Source: Saprospiraceae bacterium (GTDB lineage Bacteria > Bacteroidota > Bacteroidia > Chitinophagales > Saprospiraceae). Taken from it: a DNA stretch of 64,000 nucleotides. How positions within the stretch are numbered: the stretch's first letter is position 1; each line of letters starts with the position of its first letter. Location: positions 20,135 through 84,134 of the forward strand of contig JBJXGO010000027.1 in the NCBI GenBank assembly GCA_046160345.1, read 5' to 3'. The notes under the pieces are model-generated. The model was given only the letters and a program-made list of their open reading frames with translations. It did not search any database and was not told the origin of the DNA. Positions 38,393-47,726 of the stretch are shown one piece after another. A program made the translations under genes and the position numbers.

Positions 38393-38577
38393 GATAAACG
38401 GCGGTGCTATTTGTTGGGGCTAATATACGCTGGACCTTTGTGGTGGAGTCTCTTAAATGGTGGTGTTTCTTAAGTGGTATGGTCTTTTAGGCCATAGGGA
38501 CAAGGGGCGTTTATGCCTCTAAGTATGCGTTTCTGTACCATTTTTCCCGGTAGTGAGGGCCTGCGTTCGGGTAAGTA

Positions 38578-38626
38578 TCCCGGAACTCCGTTCCGGGAGT
38601 TTCGTCCCCGGAACGGAGTTCCGGGG
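38578..38626. repeat. REP/MITE-like double palindrome (CCGGAACTCCGTTCCGG + inverted copy)
   Basis: The sequence cccggaactccgttccggg-agtttcgt-ccccggaacggagttccgggg is intergenic. A second copy with similar flanks (AAGTAT...TACAT) sits at 46003-46044. Confidence 0.8.
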
Positions 38627-38635
38627 TACATGCCC

Positions 38636-38974
38636 TCACTTCAACTTCTCATTCCCAGCGTGCCTGGCTGCATCGCGGCTCGTTTTTTTGTCAAGATTTT
38701 TTTGAAGCGCCTCGGTAAGGTCAATACCCGTTTGATTGGCCAGGCAGAGGATCAGAAACAGCACGTCGGCCATTTCATCGGCGAGTTGGGCCGGGGCATC
38801 GGCGGCTAAAGCGGGGTCTTTGAACGACTGTTCACCGTAAAGCCGCGCCATGAGCCGGGCCACTTCGCCCACTTCTTCCATGAGCAGGGCGGTGTTGGTG
38901 AGCTCGGAGTAGTATCGAACACCAATGGTTTTAATCCATTGATCTACCGTAAGTTGGGCTTCTTGAATTGTCAT
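38636..38974 (-). CDS. MazG-like nucleotide pyrophosphohydrolase
   Basis: The 112-aa product shows LMEEVGEVARLM...LADEMADVLFLILCLAN, the EExxE/ExxD metal-binding helices of the MazG family. Confidence 0.85.
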   Translation of the reverse strand: MTIQEAQLTVDQWIKTIGVRYYSELTNTALLMEEVGEVARLMARLYGEQSFKDPALAADAPAQLADEMADVLFLILCLANQTGIDLTEALQKNLDKKTSRDAARHAGNEKLK

Positions 38975-39121
38975 GATATTTCGTAGAAAGAAGACCTTGT
39001 AGATTTTTAAAACCTATGAGGTTTGGACCCTAAAAAATTGTCAGCTCAATGCTCATCTCCGAATAATCGGCATTTCAGATGTCACCTGCCTCGTGCCTCG
39101 GCAGATCACACCTGAAATGCC

Positions 39122-40432
39122 TCATGCCGCAGGTGCCTGCCCTCCGCCACTGCTTCTGCCACCGCCGCCGCCGTTCCGCCGCTGTCCGCCGCGATAAGGC
39201 TGTTTTTGTCCACCTTCCTTTCGTGGTCCGCCGCCGCCACCTCTCTGGGTTGGCTGCGATCTGCCGCCGCTGCCTTGGCGCTGCGTGCGTCGCTGTTCAG
39301 GTTCTTCTGCGAGCCCGGGTGGAAGTGGCAGCCTGGGTACTTCTTTTCCGATAAGTTTTTCGATGCGCTTGAGGCGATGAAGGTCGGCGTGGTTAATGAG
39401 CGTGAGTGCAGTGCCTTTGCGTTCGGCCCGGGCGGTGCGCCCAATTCGGTGCACATAATCCTCGGCATCTCGTGGGGCTTCAAAATTGATCACCAGGTCA
39501 ATCCCGTCAATATCAATGCCTCTGCTAAGCACATCGGTGGCTACCAGGATGTCAATTTTTTGGTTCCGATAGTCGAGCATCACTTGTTCGCGCTCGGCTT
39601 GTTCCAGGTCACTGCTGATGCGCTCTACGGATAGATTACGGCTTTTGAGTTTTTTGTACAGCTCATTGACTGCTAGTTTGCTGGAACAAAAAATAAGGGT
39701 TCTTCCGGTCCTGTCCTTTAAGATATCCGTGATAAGTGGTATTTTTTGGCGGTCGCCTACCAGGAAAACTCCCTGGGTCACTCCTTCTGCCGGCTTTGAA
39801 AGCGCCACGCTGACAGTAGCGGGATTTTTAAGCATTGTTTTTGCCAGTTTCATGATCCCGGAGGGCATGGTGGCAGAAAAAAGCAGGCTTTGGCGCTGCG
39901 GGTTGAGCGATTCGATGATGCGGGTGAGGTCGGGGATAAAGCCCATGTCGAGCATCCGGTCGGCCTCGTCGAGCACCAGAAAACGCAGTCGTGAGAAGTC
40001 AACATAACCCAGGCTCATGTGTGAGAGCAATCGGCCTGGTGTAGCGATCACGATGTCGGCGCCTTTTTGTAACGCATCACGGCCCTGAGCAAAATCTTTG
40101 CCACCGCCACCGCCGTAAATAGCTACCGAAGAAATGCCTGCGAAATACGAATATGCTTCAATGGCCTGGTCAATCTGCATAGCCAGTTCGCGGGTAGGCA
40201 CGATGATCAGTGCTTGTGTAAAATCTGCCTCACCTGAAACCATGATCTTGTGCATGATGGGCAGCACAAAAGCAGCAGTTTTTCCAGTTCCGGTTTGTGC
40301 TGTGCCAATAAGGTCTCTGCCCTCCAGAATGAGGGGAATAGCCTTTTCTTGAATGGGGGTAGCGGTTTTGAAATTTAGGGCCTCGATGCCATCGAGAACG
40401 TCGGGGTGGAGACCAAATTCTGAAAAATCCAA
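39122..40432 (-). CDS. DEAD-box ATP-dependent RNA helicase with Arg/Gly-rich C-terminal tail
   Basis: Helicase motifs are present: [25 protein letters not shown] and HRIGRTARA. The tail is RGG-rich ([12 protein letters not shown]...[14 protein letters not shown]). Confidence 0.95.
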   Translation of the reverse strand: MDFSEFGLHPDVLDGIEALNFKTATPIQEKAIPLILEGRDLIGTAQTGTGKTAAFVLPIMHKIMVSGEADFTQALIIVPTRELAMQIDQAIEAYSYFAGISSVAIYGGGGGKDFAQGRDALQKGADIVIATPGRLLSHMSLGYVDFSRLRFLVLDEADRMLDMGFIPDLTRIIESLNPQRQSLLFSATMPSGIMKLAKTMLKNPATVSVALSKPAEGVTQGVFLVGDRQKIPLITDILKDRTGRTLIFCSSKLAVNELYKKLKSRNLSVERISSDLEQAEREQVMLDYRNQKIDILVATDVLSRGIDIDGIDLVINFEAPRDAEDYVHRIGRTARAERKGTALTLINHADLHRLKRIEKLIGKEVPRLPLPPGLAEEPEQRRTQRQGSGGRSQPTQRGGGGGPRKEGGQKQPYRGGQRRNGGGGGRSSGGGQAPAA

Positions 40433-40701
40433 TGAATAAATGGTAAAAGGTGATGTTTAGACGTTTTGCTTCCGGATTTTGTCTGTCTGCCGGTAGGCTG
40501 TGCGACTAAATTCGTGGTGCATTTGGGATTGGCCAAGGTCTATAGTTTGATCGATCAATGTCCAATAAAGCGCAAAGGTCGTGAAAATTAGGCAAAGGAA
40601 CCAAAATGAATGCCAAAACCATATTTCCGTTTGAATAAGCCAATCGCCGTATCTTTGTCGTCCAACCCCGAATTTGAAAATCAAAGGCATACCATACATA
40701 C

Positions 40702-42324
40702 ATGAACTACAAACTTAAACTACTATTATTTTCTCCCTTCTTCGCGCTAACGCTCGTTCAGGCACAAGCCAACTACTTTGACATTGCAAAAAACATGGAG
40801 ATTTTTGCCAATGCCTATCGAGAAGTTAACCACTCCTATGTAGATGCGCTTGACCCCAACCAGGTGATGCGTCGAGGGATGGATGCAATGCTTGAAGGGC
40901 TTGATCCATTCACCAATTATATTTCAGAAACAGATATAGAAGGATACCGAATTCAAGTAGATGGTAAATACAATGGCTTGGGAGCTACCGGCGAACGGGT
41001 GGGGGATTATGTTGTTTTGGTGGAAATTATCGAGAACAGTCCCGCTCACAAGGCGGGCTTGAAAGTTGGGGATGCTTTGGTGAGCATTGATGGCCAAGGC
41101 GCCAAAGGTCGAAGCGAACAGCAGGTGCAAGATTTCTTGCGCGGTTTCCCAGGTACAAAAACCAATTTGGTGATCAATCGCCCTGGTGAACCGAAAGAGA
41201 TGAAGATCACCCTGGAACGCGGCGAGGTCAACATCCCGAACGTGCCGCACGCTGGTTTGGTGGCAGATGGTATTGGCTATGTAAACCTTACTACGTTTAC
41301 TGAAAATGCCGCCCAGAACGTGGGCGATGCATTGACCAACCTCAAGCAGAAAAACCCCGGGTTGAAGGGCTTGATCCTCGACCTGCGCCATAATGGTGGT
41401 GGTCTCTTGAACGAAGCGGTCAATCTGGTCAATATTTTTGTTCCAAAAGCTGAACTTGTGGCTAGCACCCGCGGCAAAGTGCCGGAATGGGACCTCAACC
41501 TGCGCACCCAACATTCCCCGATAGACAAAGACATACCGGTGGTAGTTTTGATGGATAAAATGAGTGCTTCAGCGAGTGAAGTTACTGCGGGCGCTTTGCA
41601 AGATCTGGACCGTGCAGTTATCATGGGACAGCGCAGTTATGGGAAAGGCCTTGTGCAAAACACCAAAGAATTGGGCTACAATGCTCGCATCAAACTAACT
41701 ACTGCGAAATATTACGTGCCCTCCGGCCGGTGTATCCAATCGGTACGTTATAAGGATGGTGAGCCGGTGGACATTCCTGAATCGGACCGCGCCCAATTCA
41801 AAACTCGAAATGGCCGTACGGTGCTTGACGGTGGAGGCATCAAGCCGGATGTCGTTTTGCCGCATGATACAGCGAAGGGTGTGGTAAAAGCCTTGCTTGA
41901 TCAAAATATTATCTTTGATTATGCAACCAAATTTGCCCAAACACGGTCTTCTATTGATTCGATCGAAATCTTTGAGTTCAAAGATTTTGATGATTTTTCA
42001 TCATTCGTTCAATCCAGGAACTTTGATTATCAAACCCATTCAGAAAAAAAGATGGCTGAGCTGCGCGAAACAGCTGCCCTTGAAAACTGGCTTATGGATG
42101 CGGAGCTGCAAGCTTTGGAAAGCAAAATAAAGGCAGAAAAGAAAGGAGAGATGCTTAGGGAGCGCAATCGTATTCTGCACGAAATTGAACAGGAAATAGT
42201 TGGTCGCTATTATTTTCAACGGGGCAAAGTGCGCAAGAACCTGGTAAACGACCCGGAAGTAAAAGAGGCCATTAAATTGCTGAATGACCCTGGCAGATAC
42301 AACTCGATCTTGTCCGGAAAGTAA
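40702..42324 (+). CDS. S41-family C-terminal processing (tail-specific) peptidase with PDZ domain
   Basis: It has a signal peptide, a PDZ-like segment (SPAHKAGLKVGDALVSIDG) and S41 motifs (LDLRHNGGG; MSASASEVTAGALQD; GKGLVQ). Confidence 0.9.
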   Translation: MNYKLKLLLFSPFFALTLVQAQANYFDIAKNMEIFANAYREVNHSYVDALDPNQVMRRGMDAMLEGLDPFTNYISETDIEGYRIQVDGKYNGLGATGERVGDYVVLVEIIENSPAHKAGLKVGDALVSIDGQGAKGRSEQQVQDFLRGFPGTKTNLVINRPGEPKEMKITLERGEVNIPNVPHAGLVADGIGYVNLTTFTENAAQNVGDALTNLKQKNPGLKGLILDLRHNGGGLLNEAVNLVNIFVPKAELVASTRGKVPEWDLNLRTQHSPIDKDIPVVVLMDKMSASASEVTAGALQDLDRAVIMGQRSYGKGLVQNTKELGYNARIKLTTAKYYVPSGRCIQSVRYKDGEPVDIPESDRAQFKTRNGRTVLDGGGIKPDVVLPHDTAKGVVKALLDQNIIFDYATKFAQTRSSIDSIEIFEFKDFDDFSSFVQSRNFDYQTHSEKKMAELRETAALENWLMDAELQALESKIKAEKKGEMLRERNRILHEIEQEIVGRYYFQRGKVRKNLVNDPEVKEAIKLLNDPGRYNSILSGK

Positions 42325-42330
42325 ATTGAA

Positions 42331-42366
42331 CAATGACCCCCAATGACTCAATGACCCCCAATTACA
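42331..42366. repeat. Short tandem repeat CAATGACCCC/CAATGACTCA
   Basis: The sequence caatgacccccaatgactcaatgacccccaattac lies just after the S41 peptidase stop. It is a variant of the CCAATNA heptamer family. Confidence 0.55.
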
Positions 42367-42486
42367 CTTCATTCTTGTTAAGATTTCCCCAAAGTATATT
42401 TGAATTAAAGCAAACCCTTTACTTTTGAACTGCTTTTGAAAGCAAAAACAAATTATTTCACATTCAAAATCACATCTTTTTCGCTC

Positions 42487-42903
42487 ATGAAAAAAGCAAT
42501 TTTTTTCTTCGCCTTCTTCCTCGCATTCGGCATGGTCGGTGCTAATGCTCAATCTTGTAAAAGCGCTTCAACTGCTGGCAAATCTTGCTGTGCTAATAAA
42601 GCCGCCAAAGCTGCTGCTTCTGATGCCAGCATTGAAAAGCGTCAGGCAGAAGACGGCTCTATCGCATATGTCCGTAAGGAGGCCGATGCACAAGGCAATG
42701 TTCAGTTCGTAAGTGTACAATTTGATGAAGCTACGAGTGCATTTGTCAATGTTGCTCCTAAATCTGCTTCCGCTGGTACTACTGAAGGCATGGTCAAAAA
42801 ATCATGCTCAGCCGGCGAAAAGAAAGCCTGCTGTGCAGGTGGTGCGGCATCTGCTGGCAAATCTTGCTGCGCTAAGCCCGGTGAGAAAAAATCTGAGCAA
42901 TAA
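42487..42903 (+). CDS. Small secreted Ala/Lys-rich protein with paired-cysteine motifs (GKSCCA x2, KKACCAG)
   Basis: It has a signal peptide (MKKAIFFFAFFLAFGMVGANAQ). CC pairs at both ends flank a non-Cys core. I recognised no family. Confidence 0.6.
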   Translation: MKKAIFFFAFFLAFGMVGANAQSCKSASTAGKSCCANKAAKAAASDASIEKRQAEDGSIAYVRKEADAQGNVQFVSVQFDEATSAFVNVAPKSASAGTTEGMVKKSCSAGEKKACCAGGAASAGKSCCAKPGEKKSEQ

Positions 42904-42923
42904 TTTGCAAAGATTATCGGTAT

Positions 42924-42967
42924 AAAAAAGCCGCTCGGGGAGATTTTCCGAGCGGCCTTTTTATTTT
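42924..42967. terminator. Bidirectional rho-independent terminator between the small Cys protein gene and the CHRD gene
   Basis: The structure is an A-run, a gccgctcgg/ccgagcggc 9-bp stem, and then a T-run. Confidence 0.75.
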
Positions 42968-42996
42968 TGGAACCTGATTGTATTCAACCGGATGGT

Positions 42997-44793
42997 TTAA
43001 TTCTTTATCATTTTGAATGCGGCAATAATCCCGTGCTGTGCGGATCTTATCTGAGCAAAGTATAGCCCCATTGGCAAGGCACTCAGATCAATAGGGAGAA
43101 CCAGGGCGCCCGTGGCAAAAGAATGATTTTCAATACGAATGGGTTTGCCTGCTATATCCATCAAAATTAATTGCCCTTCAAAGGCTTCGGCAATTTCAAG
43201 CCTGATCTCTGTTAAACCCGAACTTGGATTTGGACTGACGGTCATCTCTGAAATTACAGGATTGTTTACGCTTACGTTTTCTGCACAGGTAATGGCACGC
43301 AGTATCTGCCCACGAATTTCCCCTCCTGGATTTGCGGCCGTATGTACATTGAGGTAGGTGTTGTCGGCCTCGATCAACACCGCGTCATTGCCAGTAATTG
43401 GGATTACTCCTGCAGCCGTTGGTGCGGCCGTGGTGAGCGGTTTTAATACAGGCCCATTAACCCCAAATGCTGCATTATGTATATGTGCAGCAGTGGCAGG
43501 CCCACTCAGACCATCTACGATATAGAGATAACTCAGGTTTGTATTCAGATGATCCACACTGACAGCAGCGGCACCCAAAGCGGAAGCATTGTTTGAAGGC
43601 ACTTGCTGGTCCCCGCAAAGATCAAAAGCATACACCCGGCGCAGGTTGGATTCCATTTGCCCGCGTATCTCGCCACCCGGATTTGCTGTAGTGTGAATGT
43701 TGACATACACATCTCCTTTAAGTAGATTGGAAACCTGATTTGGGTTTAGTGCCACTGTACCAGTATAAAAATTTGGAGCAGGCGTTGTTGCCAAAGGGAC
43801 GAGGACTGGACCAGCAGATCCGCTGGGTCCGGTGTGGAAATGCGCGGCTGTGGGGGTAAGCCCAGTGACAGACACGAAGTAGGTCAGCGAGTCCAGGCTC
43901 GAGTTGAGGCTGGCAACCGCAGTGCCAATGGCCGATGTGATAACCGGGGGTGTTTCCTGGTCTCCATTGAGCACTGATTCAAAGGTGATCGGGCCAAGCG
44001 ACCTTAATTGCCCGCGAATTTCTCCTCCAGGACCGTTTGCTGTGTGAACATTGACGTATAACTCTTTGGCTTCCAATTTTTGGAGAAAATTAAAGGGGAA
44101 ACCTTGATAATCAATATCACCCACAAAGGTATTGGGCAAACCTGCAGACAGGGGCGCTACTACAGGGCCAGATACTCCCTGTACTGCATTATGTATGTGT
44201 GCGGCAGTGACAGGGCCAGACAGGCCGTTGTAGGAGCCAATATAATGCCCTTTGCCAAAGCCCGGGGAATAAGTAAACCGAAAGACCCCGGTAGCTGTTG
44301 TCAAAATTGGAGGCACTTCTTCAAGGCCATTCAGGATGGCAGCATATTGAAGATCGGTGGCCAGCACCAATTGTCCGCGAATCTCGCCACCGGGATTGGC
44401 AGCGGTATGCACATTCAGGTAAAGCTCTTTCTTCAATGCTTTAGTGAGCAGGTTGGCAGGTGTAGCGATGGTGGCATTCAAGCTGTTACCGTCAACGTTG
44501 CTCGAAAAATTGGTAAAAACCGGGCCATTTACACCCTCCAGGCCGCTGTGGATGTGACAAGCGGTTACAAGGCCACTTAATCCGCTAAACACGCCGTGAA
44601 CGGTGATGGTCGAGCGGTCCTCAGAAAATAAAAACGTAGCCACTCCACGGGCATTGGTTACCACAGCAGGTACTTGCTGGCTGCCCGAAAGGTCGGCCAC
44701 AAAAAGGAGGCGGTTGGTAGGGCCTTGTGCGGAGGCAAAACTCAATAGGCTGAGCACAAAGAGCAGGGAAAGCAGGTTGGATTTTAATTGCAT
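42997..44793 (-). CDS. Secreted protein with about five CHRD domains and a T9SS C-terminal sorting domain
   Basis: It has a signal peptide. The signature AAHIH(N/S/T)xxxGVxGPV...VNVHTAANPGGEIRGQ recurs about five times. The C-terminal CTD reads MTVSPNPSSGLTEIRLEI...GLYFAQIRS. Confidence 0.85.
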   Translation of the reverse strand: MQLKSNLLSLLFVLSLLSFASAQGPTNRLLFVADLSGSQQVPAVVTNARGVATFLFSEDRSTITVHGVFSGLSGLVTACHIHSGLEGVNGPVFTNFSSNVDGNSLNATIATPANLLTKALKKELYLNVHTAANPGGEIRGQLVLATDLQYAAILNGLEEVPPILTTATGVFRFTYSPGFGKGHYIGSYNGLSGPVTAAHIHNAVQGVSGPVVAPLSAGLPNTFVGDIDYQGFPFNFLQKLEAKELYVNVHTANGPGGEIRGQLRSLGPITFESVLNGDQETPPVITSAIGTAVASLNSSLDSLTYFVSVTGLTPTAAHFHTGPSGSAGPVLVPLATTPAPNFYTGTVALNPNQVSNLLKGDVYVNIHTTANPGGEIRGQMESNLRRVYAFDLCGDQQVPSNNASALGAAAVSVDHLNTNLSYLYIVDGLSGPATAAHIHNAAFGVNGPVLKPLTTAAPTAAGVIPITGNDAVLIEADNTYLNVHTAANPGGEIRGQILRAITCAENVSVNNPVISEMTVSPNPSSGLTEIRLEIAEAFEGQLILMDIAGKPIRIENHSFATGALVLPIDLSALPMGLYFAQIRSAQHGIIAAFKMIKN

Positions 44794-44912
44794 GATAAAT
44801 CAGTTTAAGTTAAGAATATTGGCTTTTGGAAATCAAAATAAAGGTAGAAATTATTAGTGTTACAAAGGTGTGTTTGCCTATTGCCAGTTATGAATAATCT
44901 GATAATAATGAC

Positions 44913-44950
44913 AAAAAAAGCCGCTGGGAGGAAGATCCGAGCGGCTTTTT
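44913..44950 (-). terminator. Rho-independent terminator downstream of trpS
   Basis: On the minus strand the sequence reads aaaaagccgctcggatcttcctcccagcggcttttttt. The stem sequence is nearly identical to the terminator at 42924-42967. Confidence 0.7.
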
Positions 44951-44987
44951 GGTATAAAACCTACTTATCCTTTATTTTCGCATAAAC

Positions 44988-45989
44988 CTACTTCAGCGAG
45001 CCCAAACCCGTAATATCACGCACCTCACGCAGGGTTTGTTGCGCCCGCTTGCGGGTTTCCGCGCTGGATTCCTGGATCTGACTTTTTACGTTACGTTTGT
45101 CGGCCTGCAATTCAGCAAATCGTTCGCGGAAAGGGTTGATAAGATTGACCACTGCATTAGCCACAGCTTCTTTCAGGTCACTGTAGCGAAGCGCGCCGGA
45201 TTGATAGTCGGCCATTAGGGCATGGTGCGCATCCATGTCGTTGCAGGCACGGAGGAGTTCAAAGAGGTTTTTCACGCCTGCGCTCATTTCTCCTGTTGCG
45301 GTTTCTCCGGTGTCGGTCACGGCAGATTTGATTTGTTTCCGCACCCGGTCTTCCTCCCCGAAAAGGTTGATGTAATGTTTCTCGCCCAGGCTCTTGCTCA
45401 TTTTTTTGTTCGGGTCGGCGGGAGAAAGGATTTTGGGCGTTTCTGTATAAAGCGGCTCGGGATGCACAAAATATTCTTTTCCAAACTGGTGGTTGAAACG
45501 TTGTGCTATGTTCCTTGATAGTTCGAGGTGTTGCTCCTGATCTTTTCCAATAGGCACAAAATCAGCATGATAGATCAAAATGTCAGCTGCTTGCAGCACC
45601 GGATAAGCAAACAAGCCCAGACTAACAAAAGAATCTTTATCCAACTCGTGCAGTTGGTCTGTTTTGTCCTTGAACTGGGTCATACGAGTTAATTCACCAT
45701 AGCTGGTGGTGCAACCGAGTATCCATGACAATTCGGCGTGTTCCGGCACCAGGCTTTGGATAAACAGGTTTTCAGGCTTAATACCACAAGCCAGCAGATA
45801 AAAAACCATTTTCCAGGTGTTCTCCCGAAGCTGTATTGGATTATAGGGCATGGTCATGGAGTGGTAATCCACCACACCATAAAGACAATTATAACCTTCT
45901 TGGAGGCGTACCCAGTTCTGCACTGCACCGAAATAATTGCCAAGATGAAGGTCGCCGGTAGGCTGTACGCAGGATAGAACGTTTTTCAT
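44988..45989 (-). CDS. trpS: Tryptophan--tRNA ligase
   Basis: It has a HIGH-type motif (PTGDLHLGNYFGA) and KMSKS. The start is set at the internal ATG (MKNVLSCVQPTG), because the longer ORF runs through a palindromic repeat. Confidence 0.95.
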   Translation of the reverse strand: MKNVLSCVQPTGDLHLGNYFGAVQNWVRLQEGYNCLYGVVDYHSMTMPYNPIQLRENTWKMVFYLLACGIKPENLFIQSLVPEHAELSWILGCTTSYGELTRMTQFKDKTDQLHELDKDSFVSLGLFAYPVLQAADILIYHADFVPIGKDQEQHLELSRNIAQRFNHQFGKEYFVHPEPLYTETPKILSPADPNKKMSKSLGEKHYINLFGEEDRVRKQIKSAVTDTGETATGEMSAGVKNLFELLRACNDMDAHHALMADYQSGALRYSDLKEAVANAVVNLINPFRERFAELQADKRNVKSQIQESSAETRKRAQQTLREVRDITGLGSLK

Positions 45990-46002
45990 AGAGCCAAGTA
46001 TG

Positions 46003-46044
46003 CCGGAACTCCGTTCCGGTAATTGCCCTGGAACGGAGTTCCGG
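46003..46044. repeat. Second copy of the CCGGAACTCCGTTCCGG double palindrome
   Basis: The sequence ccggaactccgttccgg-taattgcc-ctggaacggagttccgg lies between ridA and trpS. Confidence 0.8.
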
Positions 46045-46050
46045 GTTACA

Positions 46051-46431
46051 TTAAATTGAAGCAATAACGGATATCTCGATATTCACGAACTTGGGAAGTT
46101 CAGAGACCTGAACCAATTCACGTGCCGGTGCAAATTCGGGTTTGAAATACTCCCCATACACCGCATTGATTCGGCCAAAAAGGTTCATGTCTTTTACAAA
46201 AACGGTGGCTTTCAGCACTTTTTCAAGGCTACTTCCTCCTGCTTCCAAAATAGCCTTCAGATTTTGGATCACCCGATGTGTTTCGACCTCAATGTTGTCC
46301 AAAACCAGTTCGCTTGTAGCGGGGTCTATCGCGATTTGGCCGGAGACATAGAGCAAGCCATTGAACGCAACAGCCTGATTGTAAGGTCCAATAGGTAAGG
46401 GGGCGTTGGGGGTATTGATGATCTGCTTCAT
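46051..46431 (-). CDS. ridA: RidA/YjgF-family reactive-intermediate deaminase
   Basis: The 126-aa product shows APLPIGPYNQAV...LYVSGQI...ARELVQVSELPKFVNIEI. Confidence 0.9.
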   Translation of the reverse strand: MKQIINTPNAPLPIGPYNQAVAFNGLLYVSGQIAIDPATSELVLDNIEVETHRVIQNLKAILEAGGSSLEKVLKATVFVKDMNLFGRINAVYGEYFKPEFAPARELVQVSELPKFVNIEISVIASI

Positions 46432-46440
46432 GGTGTGAGT

Positions 46441-46487
46441 TGGTTACTGGTTATTGGTTATTGGTTGATTGGTGATAGGTTGTTGGG
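46441..46487. repeat. Heptamer tract, TTGGTNA orientation
   Basis: The sequence tggttactggttattggttattggttgattggtgataggttgttggg begins 10 nt upstream of the ridA start. Confidence 0.75.
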
Positions 46488-46556
46488 CGAGTTTGGTCTA
46501 GATTTTTTTCCCGGGCGGGCGATGGTTAATTACAGATAACATGGAGAGGTTCGCTC

Positions 46557-46632
46557 AATCACCAATCAACCAATAACTAATCAACCAATAACCAATCACC
46601 AATCAACCAATAACCAATCACCAACAACCATT
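46557..46632. repeat. Heptamer tract, ACCAATN orientation (inverted relative to 46441-46487)
   Basis: The sequence is caatcaccaatcaaccaataactaatcaaccaataaccaatcaccaatcaaccaataaccaatcaccaacaaccattc. With the left tract it forms a long imperfect inverted repeat around a roughly 70-nt spacer. Confidence 0.75.
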
Positions 46633-46716
46633 CAACAAAAAACAGAAAAAGCCCCAAATGTCCCGACCTGCGGGATTGGAGCCTCCTCAAATTGCCTGCT
46701 TGAAAAAGAGGCGTAA

Positions 46717-46917
46717 TTATTCTTCTGTGCCTCGAGCTTTGCCCGGCACCAGTACTTGACCACGGTAGTACAAGTCGCCATCCACGGTATAAGCGTGGTG
46801 GAACATGTGTACTTCGCCCGTGTTCTTGCAAGTGCCCAGTGTAGGCATGTCTGCATGGTCGTGTGTGCGGCGAGCGCGAGTGCGGCGTTTAGAGTGCCGC
46901 CATTTTGGATTTGGCAT
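46717..46917 (-). CDS. rpmF: 50S ribosomal protein L32
   Basis: The 66-aa product begins MPNPKWRHSKRRTRARRTHD, the canonical L32 N-terminus. It lies downstream of yceD, as is usual. Confidence 0.9.
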   Translation of the reverse strand: MPNPKWRHSKRRTRARRTHDHADMPTLGTCKNTGEVHMFHHAYTVDGDLYYRGQVLVPGKARGTEE

Positions 46918-47003
46918 GACGCTATTCCTTTGTTCAGCTGCTTTTCAGCAGATGGGTTGTGTAAAAACTTGTAAAGGTTTTCAAACAACCTGTTGTGATT
47001 CAA

Positions 47004-47525
47004 TTAATTATCCTTATTCAAGTCACGGAGACTATCCCAGATAGAACTGGACTGATTTTCATCCGCGTCAGATTTCAAATGTTTGAGCACTTCAAAATTG
47101 CATGGCGGCTTTTCGTCGTTTTCGCAATCATAAGTGTTCGTAATGGGCAAGGCAAGTACAATAAATTCGTACAGGTACTTTGCCACATTAAAAACCGGTG
47201 CATCTCGTTGCAAAAAAATCACCTCGTCGTCCACTTCGATATCTTCTTCTCCAAACTTCACGATAAGTTGTCGTTCATCTTCAATCGGCAAATCAATCGT
47301 AGCGGTGCATCGGTCGCATTCAGCCTTTATGAAGCCCTCCAGGGTAAAATTGAAGCGCATCAAATCGGGCCGTTTGTCCAATTCGAGTTCAAAATGAACT
47401 TTGCCTTCTTGTACAGGCGAATCCTCGAACTGAGCGAAAAACGCGTGGTCAACCTCAAATTTGAAATGGTGTACTCCTGATTTCAGCCCTTGAATCGGCA
47501 AAGAGTACGCAACAAAAGCGTCCAT
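47004..47525 (-). CDS. yceD: YceD/DUF177 family protein (23S rRNA accumulation protein)
   Basis: The 173-aa product has the conserved position upstream of rpmF, the C-x-R-C pattern (AECDRCTATIDLPI) and an acidic C-terminus. Confidence 0.8.
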   Translation of the reverse strand: MDAFVAYSLPIQGLKSGVHHFKFEVDHAFFAQFEDSPVQEGKVHFELELDKRPDLMRFNFTLEGFIKAECDRCTATIDLPIEDERQLIVKFGEEDIEVDDEVIFLQRDAPVFNVAKYLYEFIVLALPITNTYDCENDEKPPCNFEVLKHLKSDADENQSSSIWDSLRDLNKDN

Positions 47526-47710
47526 TGACTTGGCAATTTTTCAAAACGGGCGGCAAAAGTACAAAGACTTCTCTTTTTGGCAAAGGAAAGCTAGAAAGTA
47601 TTTCGGACGAGGGCAAAAAAATCTGCTTGGGATTTCTTATCGACTGTGAAGGTGCTTGCAACAACAGCGATCACGTGGAATAAAATTTTGATAAATGTAA
47701 TTAAATTCCA

Positions 47711-47718
47711 TAATTTTG
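47711..47718 (+). promoter_or_regulatory. Candidate -7 box (TAATTTTG) for the higB-remnant/higA transcript
   Basis: The TAnnTTTG match lies 9 nt upstream of the ATG at 47727. Confidence 0.35.
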
Positions 47719-47726
47719 CATTCTAA

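Noticed and set aside
38513-38809. 98-aa + ORF upstream of and antisense to the MazG-like gene
   Set aside because: Its 5' half is the translated CCGGAAC palindrome repeat, and its 3' half is antisense to the well-supported MazG-like gene.
46632-47003. 123-aa minus-strand ORF overlapping rpmF
   Set aside because: It overlaps, in another frame, the clear L32 gene (MPNPKWRHSKRRTRARRTHD) and extends into the heptamer repeat. It is not coding.
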